From positions 62,682,001-62,746,000 of the forward strand of contig OX597820.1 in the NCBI GenBank assembly GCA_951406725.2: a DNA stretch of 64,000 bases. Direction: 5' to 3'. The notes beneath the pieces were generated by a model that saw nothing but the letters and a program-made list of their open reading frames with translations, searched no databases and was not told the DNA's origin. Shown here in pieces: positions 41,600 through 56,249 of this stretch; position 1 is the stretch's first letter; every line of letters starts with the position of its first letter. This stretch comes from Octopus vulgaris (Eukaryota). Made by a program: the position numbers and the translations under genes.

Positions 41600-41796
41600 A
41601 AGTACAAGAGACGGTCAGACACTACATGAGGAGTAGACAACGAAGCATTTTTATTCTCTCCTCTTTTATTTTCTAGTGTCCCTTTCTGTTGAAGGGCGTA
41701 GGCTCGAAATGTAACAGACTTTGTCACCTTCCCGATCGTTAAACTAATATACCTGTCTTTGTCTTTTGTTTTTAGTTTTTTTTGTAAATTCCAACA

Positions 41797-41798
<2 letters not shown>
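41600..41798 (+). mobile_element. HHR-variant element family A
   Basis: CTTT CTGTTGA A GGGC GTAG GCTC GAAAT GTA ACAG at 41682-41717; 3' end GTAAATTCC runs into (TA)n. Confidence 0.75.
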
Positions 41799-41831
<33 letters not shown>

Positions 41832-42246
41832 TACATACACACATTCCTACACACACACGTACATACACGCACACGCATGCACACATACGCGCAGACACGC
41901 ATGAACACACACATAAACGCTTACACACATACATGCACCTACATACACACATCCGTACATACACGGGTACGCATACACACAGGCATACTCACACATACAT
42001 ACAAGCACACACACACACTGCAAGCAAAACACACACACACACACAATACATATACATGCACGCACACACACATACTTCAGAATACCAGTACCTTCCACTG
42101 ACCATTCTCCTACGTACATGGGTGGGTAGAGACACAATAAGAGTCACTCTTGCTATCATCCTTCTTATGATCGTAAACGATACTAAACCCAACCATACAC
42201 ATAGATTAACAGCCGCAACCACACACACACACACACAAGTGCTATC

Positions 42247-42278
<32 letters not shown>

Positions 42279-42424
42279 GCTATCATTACACACACACAGA
42301 CCTGCGCGCACGCATATGCCCATATATACACACATACCTCCTTCTCTTGCACTCTCCTGTCTTTGAAAGAACTTTTTCTTCACCAGTTCTCTTCTGGTAA
42401 TTCAATATGTAACCGCGTGTGTAT

Positions 42425-42615
42425 CGTTGGCGATTTCTTTTCCTCCGTTTTCCCTTCCTTGGATCTTTCCTTTTCCTATGTTTCTGACAAAGAGTTCCGT
42501 TGGAAACGTTAAACTCTCCTTCTTTCTTTGCTTTCTTCAGCATCCAATAACACTATACTTGTTCCACGTCCTCGCGTTGTGTCTTCTCTTTGTGTTTTCA
42601 TGTTTGGATTAACTA
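42425..42615 (+). mobile_element. HHR element related to family A (decayed)
   Basis: GTTT CTGACAA A GAGT TCC GTTG GAAAC GTT AAAC at 42480-42514; same downstream layout as family A. Confidence 0.55.
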
Positions 42616-42636
42616 CACACACATACACACACACAC

Positions 42637-42702
<66 letters not shown>

Positions 42703-45700
42703 ATGTGTGTGTGTTATGTGTATGTGTGTGTGTGTATGTGTGTGTGTGTGTATACATTTATATACGTATATATGTACACGTGCGTCTCTCATCTCTTAGA
42801 ATAGTTAGCGCTATCCCTTTGCATCAATCAGTGCAAACGTCAAGGGACATGGGAAGCTGAGCTCGAAAATCATGCTTTCCTCAAACCTCACATGTTATCA
42901 AAGAAAATTCAGTGTATATTTAGGAAGAAAAGCGGACCATCGACATCACGTTAATCTGTTTGAATTTGTGCCATCGGAATAGCAAATTTCCATGTGACGA
43001 GGCAATTTTACACACAAAGAAAACAATTAAAACTCATTTATGATGCAGACTATTAGCATGTACCACCTATGTTAGTGTCGTTAGTGTCTCACCTACGGTT
43101 AGCCCCGAACAAGAAAAAATGTCTTTAAAAAAAGCATTCCAACTTTGACTATCCGATCCTATTTTAAGGCCCAGGGTATGTTCGATAAAATTACCCAGAT
43201 TTATTTTAAGTTCTAATTAGACATAATGGGTTTGAAGATTATTTAGTTGCTATTCAGACAGTTCAAATGGCCTCTCAGCGTTTCTCTCGTGGGTTTTTGG
43301 CCGATGAGTTATTATCATAGTCAAGTCCCTGTCGTTTGATCATTTACTCCAAACCAATCCAGGAGGAAACATCCTGTCGCGTGTAGTGCGTGAACCAATA
43401 GATTAACATGTCCATTTAGTTAAAGAATACTTGTGTGTGATACCAAATGAGATTTTCGCTAAAATTTTTGCTTAACTGTTAGTCAAGTCGAGTCTCCTTT
43501 TTGTACTCTTATTTATGTGCCTACTACGTTCACACCGAGTTTGATTCTGCGTCTGGTTATGCTCTCATTCTCTTCAATATCTCTAATTTTATCGACGGCA
43601 TTTCAGCAGATAATTCCAATTTTTTCTAAATTCTTCATAAGCATTATCTCACATGCGTTCAATTATTTTTAGTATTATTTCGTTCATTCGTTCAAACTTT
43701 CATTCGTAATTAATTTTTCGTTCATTTACTCATTTATTTTACTATTTATATGTTCTTTTTCTCAATTTTTAATTTGTCTCGTCTTTCTTTTACAAAGGTA
43801 TTCATTTCTATTTTCTTTCAATGGTATATTTTATTTGTTTATATTTTCATATTTCCTTTCCTTCTTTGATACCCAAATGATTTCTCTGTATACACACACA
43901 CACACACACAGATGCACAACTTTCCATTTATAAACAAATAAATAAATATAAATATATATATGCATATATACGCACACATATGTGCATAAACATGTATGTA
44001 TATGTGTTCTTATCTTTATTTTTATCTCCTTGCTTCATTCTCTTTTCATCGACATTATTCAGAACGCATTACAAAGTCCCCTCTTCCTACAGACGGTTTG
44101 TGATGACTACTACATGACGGTTTCTACGATAAAGAAACAAAGGAATATGATAAATTAGGAATAGAATTATTATAAAAACACGGTCACATGGTCAGTCTTC
44201 TAATTTAATGAAGCCTCGTTGCCAGAAACACATGTAAACAAATTACTTGAGTGAAAGCTTCGTTACTCTTACTAAACAGATCTCAACATGACTGGAGTAA
44301 TTTGCCTTCAAATTGTGTAGGCACTATACCAAACAATTTAGCCGGCAATACGAATGAGATTGTGTGTGAATTTCTTCTTAATGGCCATTAGCGACATAAT
44401 GGAAATGAAAATTAAATAGATTGAACGATGAATGAATGAATGGAGTCTCCAGGAACTTACCTCTATTTTAACTCTATTTTACGGTGTTTCAACGGATATT
44501 CGCTGGAATAGAATTAAATAACGAAACAGGTAAAAGGTTGAAGAAGAAAACAAAGACGACGAAGAAAAGCAACTCAAAGTGTAAACAATTAATTCACGTA
44601 CACATGCAATATATATATATATATGCAGGCCAAGCAAAACCAACACGTAGGCAGATACTCGACAGACATACACTCGTATAAAAGGCATATGCACACACAT
44701 ATCTAAATTGTAAACATACACAAAATTCACAAACATACACACACACACTACCCATAAAGCTCGTCATACATACGCATGAACGTAGCAAACAAATAAACAA
44801 ATATATACGCACCGTTCATACACGCACATACACACTTACACAAACAGACACACTCACAGATACCCATACATCCACAAGAACGAAACAGCCATAGAGCCAT
44901 ATGGAGACGTTATACGCATGCAGGCGCATATCCTTCTGGATACACATAACACCCTTAAATACAAGAGTTTGAGTGTGTCTGTATATATCCCTCTGTGTGT
45001 GTGAGTGAATGAGTGTGTGTGTTGGTGGGTGGGTGTGCATGCGTGTGTGTGCGTCTTGTACAAATCCAGAGACACTATAATGCAGTCCCTCCTTTTCTTT
45101 AGAACAGATTTCCTCCCTCAGGATGTCTTCTCACACCCACCACTCCTCTTTCGCCGTCCCGACTTTCTGCTTCATTAACTTCTCATTGGTTAATGCAAAT
45201 AAATGAAATGAAGCGACGCTAGCCACAATAAAAATAAATTTCCATCAAGAACCAGGATAGCAAACATCAGCAACAGTGATAATTTTGAGAAATCATAATA
45301 GTGTGTATAATAATGTTAATAACGAGGACGATGATAATGATGATGATGATGATGAGTTGATGATGATGACGACGACGATGATGATGATGATGATGATTTC
45401 TTTATTGACCAAACGTGCCGATGGACGTTTAAAGCAAGGATTATAAATATGTTGGAGCTGTATAAATACACAATAAAAACTCAGAATTAAATGCGTAGCA
45501 ATAGAAAACTACAAGTATTTGCTCATAAATGAGAGGTAAACCGTCCCATGGAGAAAACTATTAAATCTCAGTGCATCATAAATTTCTTCCAACTGCAATT
45601 TCCAAACATGCCAGATATTTTACTTGGGAAGGAATTAGGTCACCATAGACTACGGTCCCAATGGTTCACCCTTTTATCGACATCACTAAGCAAATGCACA

Positions 45701-45724
45701 TGTACAATGTTGCGATGCAGCCTC

Positions 45725-45932
45725 TGAAGGTCCATGAATAAGGGTCGTTTAAGGATGATGGATGAAACACCCATATTTCCAGAGGTGAATTGTTCCAACA
45801 CCAAAGAATTCCTCTCAACTCACGGCTAAGATGCTCCCCCACTACTCCTACTTGTGACAAGAAATGTACATAGCGTCAGCTACCGAGGGACATAATCAAC
45901 TGGTTCATGTCAAGCAACTAAGAAGTAAATCT
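45725..45932. repeat. Dispersed repeat, partial copy of 46630-46840
   Basis: TGAATAAGG..GTTTAAGGATG..GAAACA.CCAT.TTTCCAGAGG.GAATT..CCAAAGAATTC shared. Confidence 0.8.
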
Positions 45933-46076
45933 GTATTTCGAATTCGGCCGTAGTCGACTTTTCCTGTCATCTTGCCGGGTTGATAAATTAAGTACAAGTG
46001 AAACACACGGGTCGATGTAATTGAATAAATCCCACCCCACACCCATATTTCAGGTCTTGTGCCTTTAGATGAAAGG

Positions 46077-46078
<2 letters not shown>
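45931..46078 (+). mobile_element. SINE family 1, 3' half with (ATT)n tail
   Basis: GTCGACTTT..GATAAATTAAGTAC..GGGTCGATGTAAT. Confidence 0.7.
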
Positions 46079-46130
<52 letters not shown>

Positions 46131-46176
46131 GTTGTTGTTGTTGTTGTTGTTGTTGTCGTTGTCGTCGTCGTCGTCG

Positions 46177-46234
<58 letters not shown>

Positions 46235-46235
<1 letters not shown>

Positions 46236-46395
46236 TTTGCCTTTGCACAGCTAACGCTGGAGATGTCCTACGGTGTCAGCTATTCACTACCAGTGAACTA
46301 AGGTAAAACGTCTTCTTTTTCGAGCACCTTCCGGAGTATCCGAGCGGTTCTAAGCAGTGTTGTTTTCTGCAAGTGCTCTACCCTTTTTGCCGCCC
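46235..46395 (-). mobile_element. R4/Dong-like non-LTR retrotransposon 3' end
   Basis: Minus strand reads RVEHLQKTTLLRTARILRKVLEKE (R4-clade LQK..LLGTA.ILR motif), then a short 3' UTR and a (GAT)n tail. Confidence 0.8.
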
Positions 46396-46399
46396 TTAT

Positions 46400-46939
46400 T
46401 TCTCATTATTGACTGAGAGAGCAGAGCATGCAATCAAAGTGACACTTGGGTAAAATATATGAAGCCCAATATACCCATCATGACTACCCGTCTGATAAGG
46501 GTACGCCAGGCACATGCATCTCAACCATATGTGCGCGACAAGGTGATCCCATACCAGGATAAACAGCACATGACCTTGCAGGTGGGGTCCAGGTAGAATT
46601 TTCTTCAGGTCGAGTAGCCCATCCTGATTAACGTTCCTTGAATAAGGCTTGTTTAAGGATGTTGAACGAAACAACCATGTTTCCAGAGGGGAATTAGTCA
46701 AACTCCAAAGAATTCTTCCCAATACATGGCTATGATGCTCCTAAACTACTTCTTCTCGTGATCAGAGTTGCAGATATTGTCAGCAACAAGGGACACACTC
46801 AACTTGTTATGGTCAAACAAATGACAAGCAAATCTGTGGTATTGAGCAGAATATTGGCTGTAGTCCATCTTTTATAACAAGACAACTGTAGCCGATCTTT
46901 TATGCTAAGACAAATGTAGCTTGTCTTTTATACCAAGAC
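46400..46939. mobile_element. Dispersed repeat (possibly part of the same non-LTR family) ending in three 28-bp tandem units
   Basis: Second copy at 45725-45932; TGTAG....TCTTTTAT...AAGAC three times at 46859-46939. Confidence 0.55.
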
Positions 46940-47018
46940 CATTTTTATAGTTATTATCATTATTTTCTTCCAATTCTGTTTTCATTTCTTGCCGAGTGTC
47001 TTCCTGACAACTAGGGCA

Positions 47019-47167
<149 letters not shown>

Positions 47168-50100
47168 TTGGCGTTGTTATCATCGTTATCGTTGTAGTTT
47201 TTGTTGTTATTCTTTAGCTTGTATAGCGGCAGTTATTTTTGCTGAAATTATTTTGTTTTGTTTTATTTTTTCTTAACAACTCTTTACGCAGGAACATCTA
47301 CTTTACTGCATGAAGGGGTTATGCTGTATGTTGGGCCCTAAAGACCATGTCATCCGGAGAAACTTTCACCACATAAGTATTTTAATGTTTAAAAGCCTGG
47401 GAACCACATCAGGTCACACGCCCACTGCACTGCGCGAAGAGGTAGGAAAGGAAATAAATTATGTATCTAAGACGATAGCCTCGAATCATCTTACGCCGAC
47501 TCAAACAACGCCAGCTTGATTATCGCTAGTGGTATCGAATGAACAATAATAACAACAACGGTAATAAAAACAACAGCTACAAAAGAAGCAACAGCAAAAT
47601 AGCGACAACAACAACGACAGTAGACACAGCAGTGGCAGAGGCAACAACAATAAAATCATTGCACATATAAGAAGTTTCCCTGTATACTCTGCTGTTTATA
47701 TGTATGGAGTTGGTGTTAACAAACCCTTTAATATTCAGTGTGCTAGGTCTATGTTTTATTTGTGTACAGATTTTCCAATATCTGGGATTGTGATTTGTTA
47801 CTAAAATATTTATTGGTAATCAATCCATGCTATGCTATTTGTTTTGTTTTTCTTTTCTTATTTTACAGTTTTCGATAATTGGTCAAATCACCAGTAGCTG
47901 AACCTTCTGGCAATAAATTAATATCTAAGTAAAACAGGACAGACGAGGTAAAATGGATGTAAATCAAAGAAAAAAACCTCAGCAAAAACAAAGTACGAAG
48001 ATGATAACATTAAGGATATACTTAAGGTCTTGCACGTATGATATAATGTGCTGAAAAATTCGATTACCTGAGATCCCATCCAATTAGTAGACAAAAGCTC
48101 TTTCTCCGAGTATTTTCCTTTAAATTGAGAAGCACAATATATTGTTTATAACTCTAATAAGATCAGCCAACCGGAAATTTGGCATAATGAAGAAAATACA
48201 GATATGTGTAGTTTTTGTCTTTGAAGCTAAGAAAAGCAGCGGCCATATTTCAAGGTTATTGGATATTCTTAGCGAAGTCATGTTTTACCCAGTTGGCAAG
48301 ACATAATGTGACGATCATAAACAGAAGCAAAGGGAATATAATCACTTTGTTTAAGAGAATCAGCAATATTGAGGGAAAGTACCAAAGGAGAGTGTTCATC
48401 ATGTTCATTACACATATATTAGCTTTCCCAAACGTAAAAATATGAGGTGAAACATTCGGTTATACACGCAATTAACTGAAAACGTTTCATTCAGGGTTGT
48501 CTAAATTTTTGAAACAAACAATCAAGGTAGGCAATATTTGGAAGCACGCTGCTGGGACGAATTGTTGCCTCTGTCAGATATTTATTGACGTTATAACACA
48601 GCGGTGTCATAAAATATATTCTATCAGGATATATATTGCAGTAATTGGTCTATCGACAATGGGTGTACATTATGATACAAAAATAGATTTTCCAGGTATA
48701 TATATATGCATACACATACATACACACACACACAAACACACACTCGTACACACACATGATAGATGTAGGCATGTCTGTTTTGTAAGAGGTTTACGACTTC
48801 GCCACAGCTTTCCGGGTTCAGTCATACTGCTTGGCACCTAGGGCACCATATTTTCGACACACTCAAACATAAATTCCTTCAGAATGATCATGATAAAAGT
48901 TTACTTACTGTGCCAAATGTGTCATCTGAAGCACAGATTCTATGCAAGTGTAAAGCCCGCAGATTATATGCTTTCGTACATGTGATTGCTAAAGGATTTG
49001 TGTAAAGAAATTGCAAAAATAAAGTACACTTATATCTCTGTTTAACCAAAGCTGGAATGAAGATTCGTTAGGGCATATTCTTGAACGACATGGGTTTAGT
49101 AGATCATCTGCAGAAAACATAATTCAACACACATACTATTTCTTTGCCCGACAAATAAGTCAGTTTGTATTATGTAATAAATTTAATTGTATAGTTCCGG
49201 TTACGTTTGTTTTTATCCTATAAACTCTGCACTATTTTAAGGTCTCTATTGCATTTCTTGACTCTGAAAACAATGGATTGGTATATTCTGTTCAGTTTCT
49301 TGATGGGTTCTCCAGAAGCGTGATAGCGTAAGTTATGTATTTTACGGTGACCATTCTGTAAAATCCACAATGGTCGTTGCGTACATATGAGGAAATGCGG
49401 AAATTAATTTTCGGCTTTTCCATGCACCAGTAATTCAAAGAAATGTGCAGGTTCGCTAATCTGCAAATATTTTGGACGAAATTATATTCATAATACAGTC
49501 AACCAAACAATAAGAGATTTGGCCAATCCACCAATTTTCTACTCAAATCTTTCTGCTGTGTCTCTTACTTTCGTAGCAATAATGATAATGTAATTAGATA
49601 AAAGAAGCAAAGCTTTCAGATAAACAACAAAAGCAATCGTAAAATGAAAAACTAAAACAATAAATCATATAATCAACGTCAATACCGCAACAATAACAAA
49701 CACGCACACAAAAATATAAACAAACAACGCTCGCAAAAGCAATATCAAGCAGAAAAGCAAAATTAAGAGCAACAATAACTGCAGCACCAGCAATACAAAC
49801 AACATTCATTGCACAACTACAATGATAAGAACAATAACAAGAACAACAATACTAAAATCACTCCCACCACCTCTAGCACCAATAACAGTGGCATTATTAT
49901 TTTTTTCTCCTCCCAGCATAACTTGAACAAAATTGCAGCATACCTTTAAGCGGAAAATATCAACAGTCAAATACATCAATATAAAGACCATAAATATGAG
50001 GTAAATACCATAGCGATGACGATATCTTTACTACAGCTACAACCGACGAGAACAGAAAAGATTCTCATGTGATCGTTTGACCTATTAGAAATAACAGCTA

Positions 50101-50282
50101 AATATATACCAAGTCGCACCTATTTTTATGAAAATGAAAGCCAACTCTGAACAGTAGTAAATGAGGTATGGATGTTAAAACACTTAACACCCGATAACCA
50201 TGTTCACCGAGCTGCAAAGTGGTGCAATGCAGGAGCTGGAAGGAATCTTCTGTCGTTGATAACGGATTCAGAGTTGATATAC

Positions 50283-50606
50283 TGTTGCGCAGTTTAACAA
50301 CATCTACTGATTTCTGAGACAGTTAAATTTTTCTATGCAGGACATACTATCAATGCCTCTTGGAACGCAATTTGGTAGTACAATAAATGAGACAACCAGA
50401 CAACAGTAAACACAATGTAATGAACTAACAATCAGTATTCCTTGTGAACTAACCAACCGACACCTTCCGAATTCACTGCAAACTAACTCGAACTTCACTG
50501 GACTCAGAACTCTGAACTCTCGAAATCACTCGGAATCGTTACTATTTATAATTTACTTCGACCAGACTATCTTTCGCAAGGGGGCGTCGTAAATCTCATC
50601 ACAACA
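50283..50606 (-). mobile_element. 3' LTR of a Ty3/Gypsy element
   Basis: Minus strand TGTTG...CAACA, immediately preceded by polypurine tract AAAAAGGGAGA (50607-50617). Confidence 0.75.
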
Positions 50607-52740
50607 TCTCCCTTTTTGCGATTTCGATTATTGTGAGAAATTGGAATTCATTTTCTGTTTTCTTTTTCATTTCCTTCCAGTTTTTCTCCCTCTTTTTTAA
50701 TAGCTGTTGTATCTTAATTGTTGTATCTTAATTGTTGCCCGCCGATTGTTAAGGTAGTATTGTTCGGTGCTCTCAGCACTTTTTCTTTTCGATGTACTAA
50801 GCACTTTTGTTAGCATTCTCGTTTTTTTTTTTTTATTTCTAAATTTTAATATCTTTTTCGTTTAGGTATTACTTCAGATATTAAGTCTGTTTTCGTTTTC
50901 TGAAGCTAATTCTACGGGGTTAGTATCTCTCGGTGCTGCCACTTCAAACATATAGAAGACTTCCATTTGTATTACCCTTCATTCTATTGTATGTCTCATC
51001 TTTAACTGGTTAAGGTGTATCTTATGTTCCGAACGTTGTCTTTTAATCAAATACATCATGTTATCTAATCTTTTGATTACACAGCCATGATCCCAACCTT
51101 CTTTACCATTTTTGTAATTTTTAAAATGAACTTCGGAATGTTTTGTGATATGTCTTCTATTTACTTCAAATGTATTCTTTGTCTTTCTTTTATATGTATA
51201 TTTTCTTGGCAACAATTTATCGAAGATTGATTTTATGTTACGCACGAACATTAACTCTACTGGTGACTTCTCTGAATTAGTATTTGGATTTAGCATTATT
51301 CTATATACTCTCAAAAATTTCGTTAGTGCCTCGTCATTATCTAGCTCGTACCTAGCTTTTCTTTGAATATAGCGACAAATCTTTCCGTCATCCCATTTTA
51401 CCTGGGGTGGTAGAGCAAGGTAAAGATGTACTTTATGCCATGTATTTTTCAGAAATTTCTTGATTCATATCTTGTGAACTGTATTCTAGTATTTGAAACT
51501 AACTTGTCTGGTACGCCGTATCGAACAAATAACTCAGGTAGGAAATTTATTGTTTTCTTGGCTGTGGGTTTCTTACATCTGCATACATCTGGTCACTTTG
51601 TATAGCAATCTACAACAATTAGTCCAGTGTAGTCGAAATGTACCCTAGACCACGTGCTGTCGGTCTCCCGCCACGATTGTTATTTTACTGGTGGTGCTTT
51701 GGTTGCGAACGCGCAACCTCTAGATGCTTTCACCACTTTCTCGATGTCCCTGTCCATAGTCAGCTTATATACAAAGCTCCTCATTACAGCTTTCATTCTG
51801 GACATTCCCGGGTACCCACAGTGGAATTCTTGCAATACTGGTTTCTATTGTGCACTTTATATTACTACTATCAGCGCGTACATTAAGACATCGTCGCATA
51901 GTGAGATATTATTTGAAGTTGTATTTTTATTATACTTATTTCGCAATGTTTCCTTCATTCTTGTTATATAACTATCCTCTACGGATTTCATTTATATATG
52001 ATGCACTGTCATCTGCATTTCCTGAATTATATTACACATGATACTACTTACTTCATTTTCTGACTGCAATGACGCTATCGCGGTGTCTTTTAGTGGTTTC
52101 ACGGTCTATGGAAGTAGCCTCGATAAGCAGTCTGCATGACCAGTTTTCTTCGACGGAATATACTGCGTCATCTACTTGTAGTTCAATAATATTGTTCCCC
52201 AGCGTTGTAGGCGATTCGCTGTACGGGTAGGCAATATCTGCTTTGATTAAAAAATTGATTGAAATGGTCGATGGTTTGTTTGTAACGAATAATTCTATTA
52301 TTTAGAAATTTGTGAGATTTTTTTACCGCGAAAATCGATAGAGCCTCCTTCTCTAACTGACTATACTTTCATCCTGCTGCTGTCAGCGAACGTGAAGCAT
52401 GAAATACAGGCTTCATATTTCAATCTTTATACTTGTGTAGCAAAACTGCTCCTGTTCCATACTCCGAAGCATCAGATACTACAACAATGTCCATTCTAGA
52501 CTAGAAATGCGCCAGTGACGAGTCGGAAATTAGTATCTGCTTTATGTCTTTAAATGCGTTTTGGCACTCAACTGTAAAATTCCATTTTATTTCTCTCAAT
52601 TTATGTATATTTGGAATATACTGGTGCACTCAATTTATGTATGTTTGGAATGTATTGTTGATAGTAATTTACTAGCCAAATGAAAGCTTGTAAAATCGGT
52701 ATATTATTTGGATGAGACATATTCTTGATTGCGCCTACCC
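50607..52740 (-). mobile_element. Ty3/Gypsy (Mag-like) pol relic: RT thumb, RNase H, integrase
   Basis: AIKNM..LQAF..LVNYYQQYIPN, ECQNAFKDIK..LAHF, VVSDASEYGTGAVL, RLQRW, integrase ELFVRYGVPDKLVS, YR..SPVELMFVRNIKSIFDKLLP; stops and frameshifts; gag, protease and 5' LTR absent. Confidence 0.92.
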
Positions 52741-53019
52741 TCGGCTTAGATGTAACCTACCTAGATATGATCATCCATCACGAGCTGACCATTCACCTTT
52801 TCAGATTGATACCTTACTTAGGGGGTATGCTAAATGGTTAGGGTGGGCAACCATATTTGAAAAGGGCGGGTAACGATTGGAAAAAGAGTAAGTAACTATT
52901 AGAGAAAAAAAGACGTACTGCAATTTCAGCGTGGAATAAAAATCGTTGTCATCTATAAGCGCACAAGTTTATTAAGTGTTGCAAAATTCGTCATACGAGC
53001 TACGGCCTGGTCATTGGCA

Positions 53020-53350
53020 AGATCAGCCTGGCACTCTGTCGGTTATGTCGACTAATTTTCCACTTGATTCGATCTACAAAACAACTTGCACGAGTGTCCT
53101 ATCACAGATACGTGTATCATTAACGTAGTTCTCGGGGATATTCAGAGTAACACAAGATAAGGCACAAGATGAGAGGTGGCAAAAAATCATTGTATCGTTG
53201 AATAAAACGTACAAACATTTCAGCTAGCTGGTTGGACTGGAGCAACGGAAAATAAATGTCTCGTTTAAGGATACAACGCACCGTCGTGTATCGAACTCTC
53301 GACCTTATTATCATGAGCCAAATGTACCAGCTGTTAAGATACGCACTTTC
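53020..53350 (-). mobile_element. tRNA-derived SINE, family 3 (diverged)
   Basis: CAGCT..TGGACTGGAGCAACG..AAATAAATGTCT..AAGGA.ACAACGC..ATCGAACTC.CGACCTT..ATCATGAG is the reverse of the 14298-type head and core. Confidence 0.7.
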
Positions 53351-53371
53351 AGACATGATTTGACGGTAGCA

Positions 53372-53424
<53 letters not shown>

Positions 53425-53926
53425 TGTAAATTTTTGACTAATGGGTATATGTCATATATCGTGTTGAGTAAAGCACGTCTACAGTTTAGGCTACTTGGTG
53501 TTATACACAGTTGGGGTATATATATTCTGGATTTACATACGTCAGAGAAAATAATGATTTATGAAAAAAGGAAAAACAGAGGATAGATTTAGCACTAATC
53601 TTTATTCAGTAAGACGATTCTTTTGACTCATCTTGCAACTGCCCATAATGGGTAGGATTTTGTGCAGCTAATAGTGTTGCATCAATCTGTGCATTTTGTG
53701 TCACATCAGGTACATGCATACATATGCAGATGTCCCGCTAGAAATACTGAAATGTGCTAGGCATCGAACAACATACCTAGGACATCCCATTTTTGTGCAT
53801 ATATCTAATGTGACTTAAACTGCACAGATTGATGCAGCACAATTGGATGCAAAAATTCCTACCCGTAACGGACAGTTGCTGGATGAGTCGAAATGATCGT
53901 CGTACTGATGTATATATATATATGTG

Positions 53927-53972
<46 letters not shown>

Positions 53973-53975
<3 letters not shown>

Positions 53976-54279
53976 CAAAATGGGACAAGAACGCAAAACA
54001 TTCGGACAGTTAGGTGATACAAAAACGGGACAACAAAACATCCAGATAGACGATACAAAGAAAACAAGGACGGGTCATTCGAAATTTTCTTTGCACAGTC
54101 AAGTACCAGATTATCTTCGCAATTTCGTCTGAATATACTCGAGATTGCTCCAATGTGGCCAGCCCCAAGGAAAAACTAAGCTAAGAGCAATAGCTTCCTT
54201 GGAAGAAAGCAGCGAATGTACACAAAAACAAGCACGGAATAAACGGACAATGTTACACAAATGAAATGCGTATGGATCG

Positions 54280-54280
<1 letters not shown>
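53973..54280. repeat. Dispersed repeat family D between (TG)n and (TA)n
   Basis: Homology to 17055-17345. Confidence 0.75.
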
Positions 54281-54353
<73 letters not shown>

Positions 54354-55438
54354 GAGTGTATTTTTACCTTGTTAACAATTAACACGGAAAAAAAAAAAAT
54401 AGTTACCAGGGCAGCAAAAATCTCACAAGTAAAGGTGTCAATCGCTAGACAAATCCATCATTTTTTGCTAAAATGTCTTATTGACGAGTTTCGTTTTTTT
54501 CACTTTCCTGAGGAGAAGATTGCATCGTTTATACCATTTATTCTTTTGAATAGTATCAGTGGAATTTTCGAAACATGTGTCGAAAGTAAAAATATTTGAT
54601 TACACCTGCGTTAAACTCCATTTATTTATTCATATATATATATATATATATACATGTGTTTGTGTGTATAAATATGTATGTATGCACGCAGGCACACATA
54701 CACACGCATACACATGTGATTTATGTGTAATGTGGAACATGCTTCCGTTTAATTTGCATTTAGCAATTTGTACTGACAAAACGAGTTCATACATTAGTAT
54801 GGTAAACAGAATTTGTCGAAACTAACGTATTTTGGTATTGAACCTGCAACAAAATAGACTCCCACAGACTTCTGTCAGAGTCCCTCACTTTTAAACAAGG
54901 ACCACGAGATGGTATTTCTAAACTGATATATTAAGTATTGCCTCGGAAGAGCCAAGGAAAAATGATAGATTTTCAACGAATTGGTTAAATGTGCGCAGTA
55001 GCGGCAACAGGTATTTGGCTGACTGTTGTTTGCAATATTCATTTAATTAATTTGATGCAAATGAGACTTAAATATTTTTGAAAAGGGCTAATATAATTTA
55101 GACAAATAGAAAACTAATTTCGTAATGGGAAATCAGCAACACAGATAACAAACAAAAACAAAAAAACAATAACTAAAACAAATACGGCAACAATAACAAA
55201 ATGAGAAAAAGAAAAGAGAACAGAGGTAGGATATAGCAACAAAAGGAAGGACATTAACAAACTGTATAAAGAACAATAAATACAAATACAAGAGAATAGT
55301 GGTATAGTAAGAACATCGACGCGTAAACATACAGGCGTATGTTGATACATACACATACAAAGACACACAGACACACAGACACACACTCCAATTATGTACA
55401 CACAAACAATCACATACACACAAATGTATACATAAAAC

Positions 55439-55500
<62 letters not shown>

Positions 55501-55671
55501 TGGTGAGTGTGTGAGTGTGTGAGTGCGTGCGAGTGACTGTGTGTGAGAGAGAGAGGGTGCTTGTGTAAGAGTATACATATATATATTTATATGTGTGCAT
55601 TTATATATAGATATATAAACAAATACACACACATATATACATACATACGCCTATATAAATATACATGCAAG

Positions 55672-55702
<31 letters not shown>

Positions 55703-55760
55703 CTGCATAATACGTACATATCTATATCTATATCTCTCTCTCTCTCTCTCTCTCTCTCAG

Positions 55761-55794
<34 letters not shown>

Positions 55795-56056
55795 CATAAT
55801 ATAATATACATATACATATATATACATATATATACATATATATACTTATATGTAATACACACACTCACACACGCACACATGTATGAATACATCAGCGTAT
55901 AGATACTTGTGTCAGTGCACGCGTATGTGTTTGCGCAAACACTCACTATCAAGGCAAAGTTAAAAGTTGAACACACAAATGCAGTTTATCAAATATCCAT
56001 TCAAAAGAAAACTAATAATAATAATGATAATAATAATAATAATAATAATAATAATC

Positions 56057-56104
<48 letters not shown>

Positions 56105-56205
56105 TAAAATACAATAATACAAAACTAAAGAACAAACAAAAAGCACTCTCATAAAACCCTAAACCGAAATCAAACAAGGAAAAATAATGAAACAAACACA
56201 CGGAT

Positions 56206-56249
<44 letters not shown>

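Noticed and set aside
46859-46939. Three 28-bp repeats as a CRISPR array
   Set aside because: Contiguous tandem units without spacers, eukaryotic context, no cas genes.
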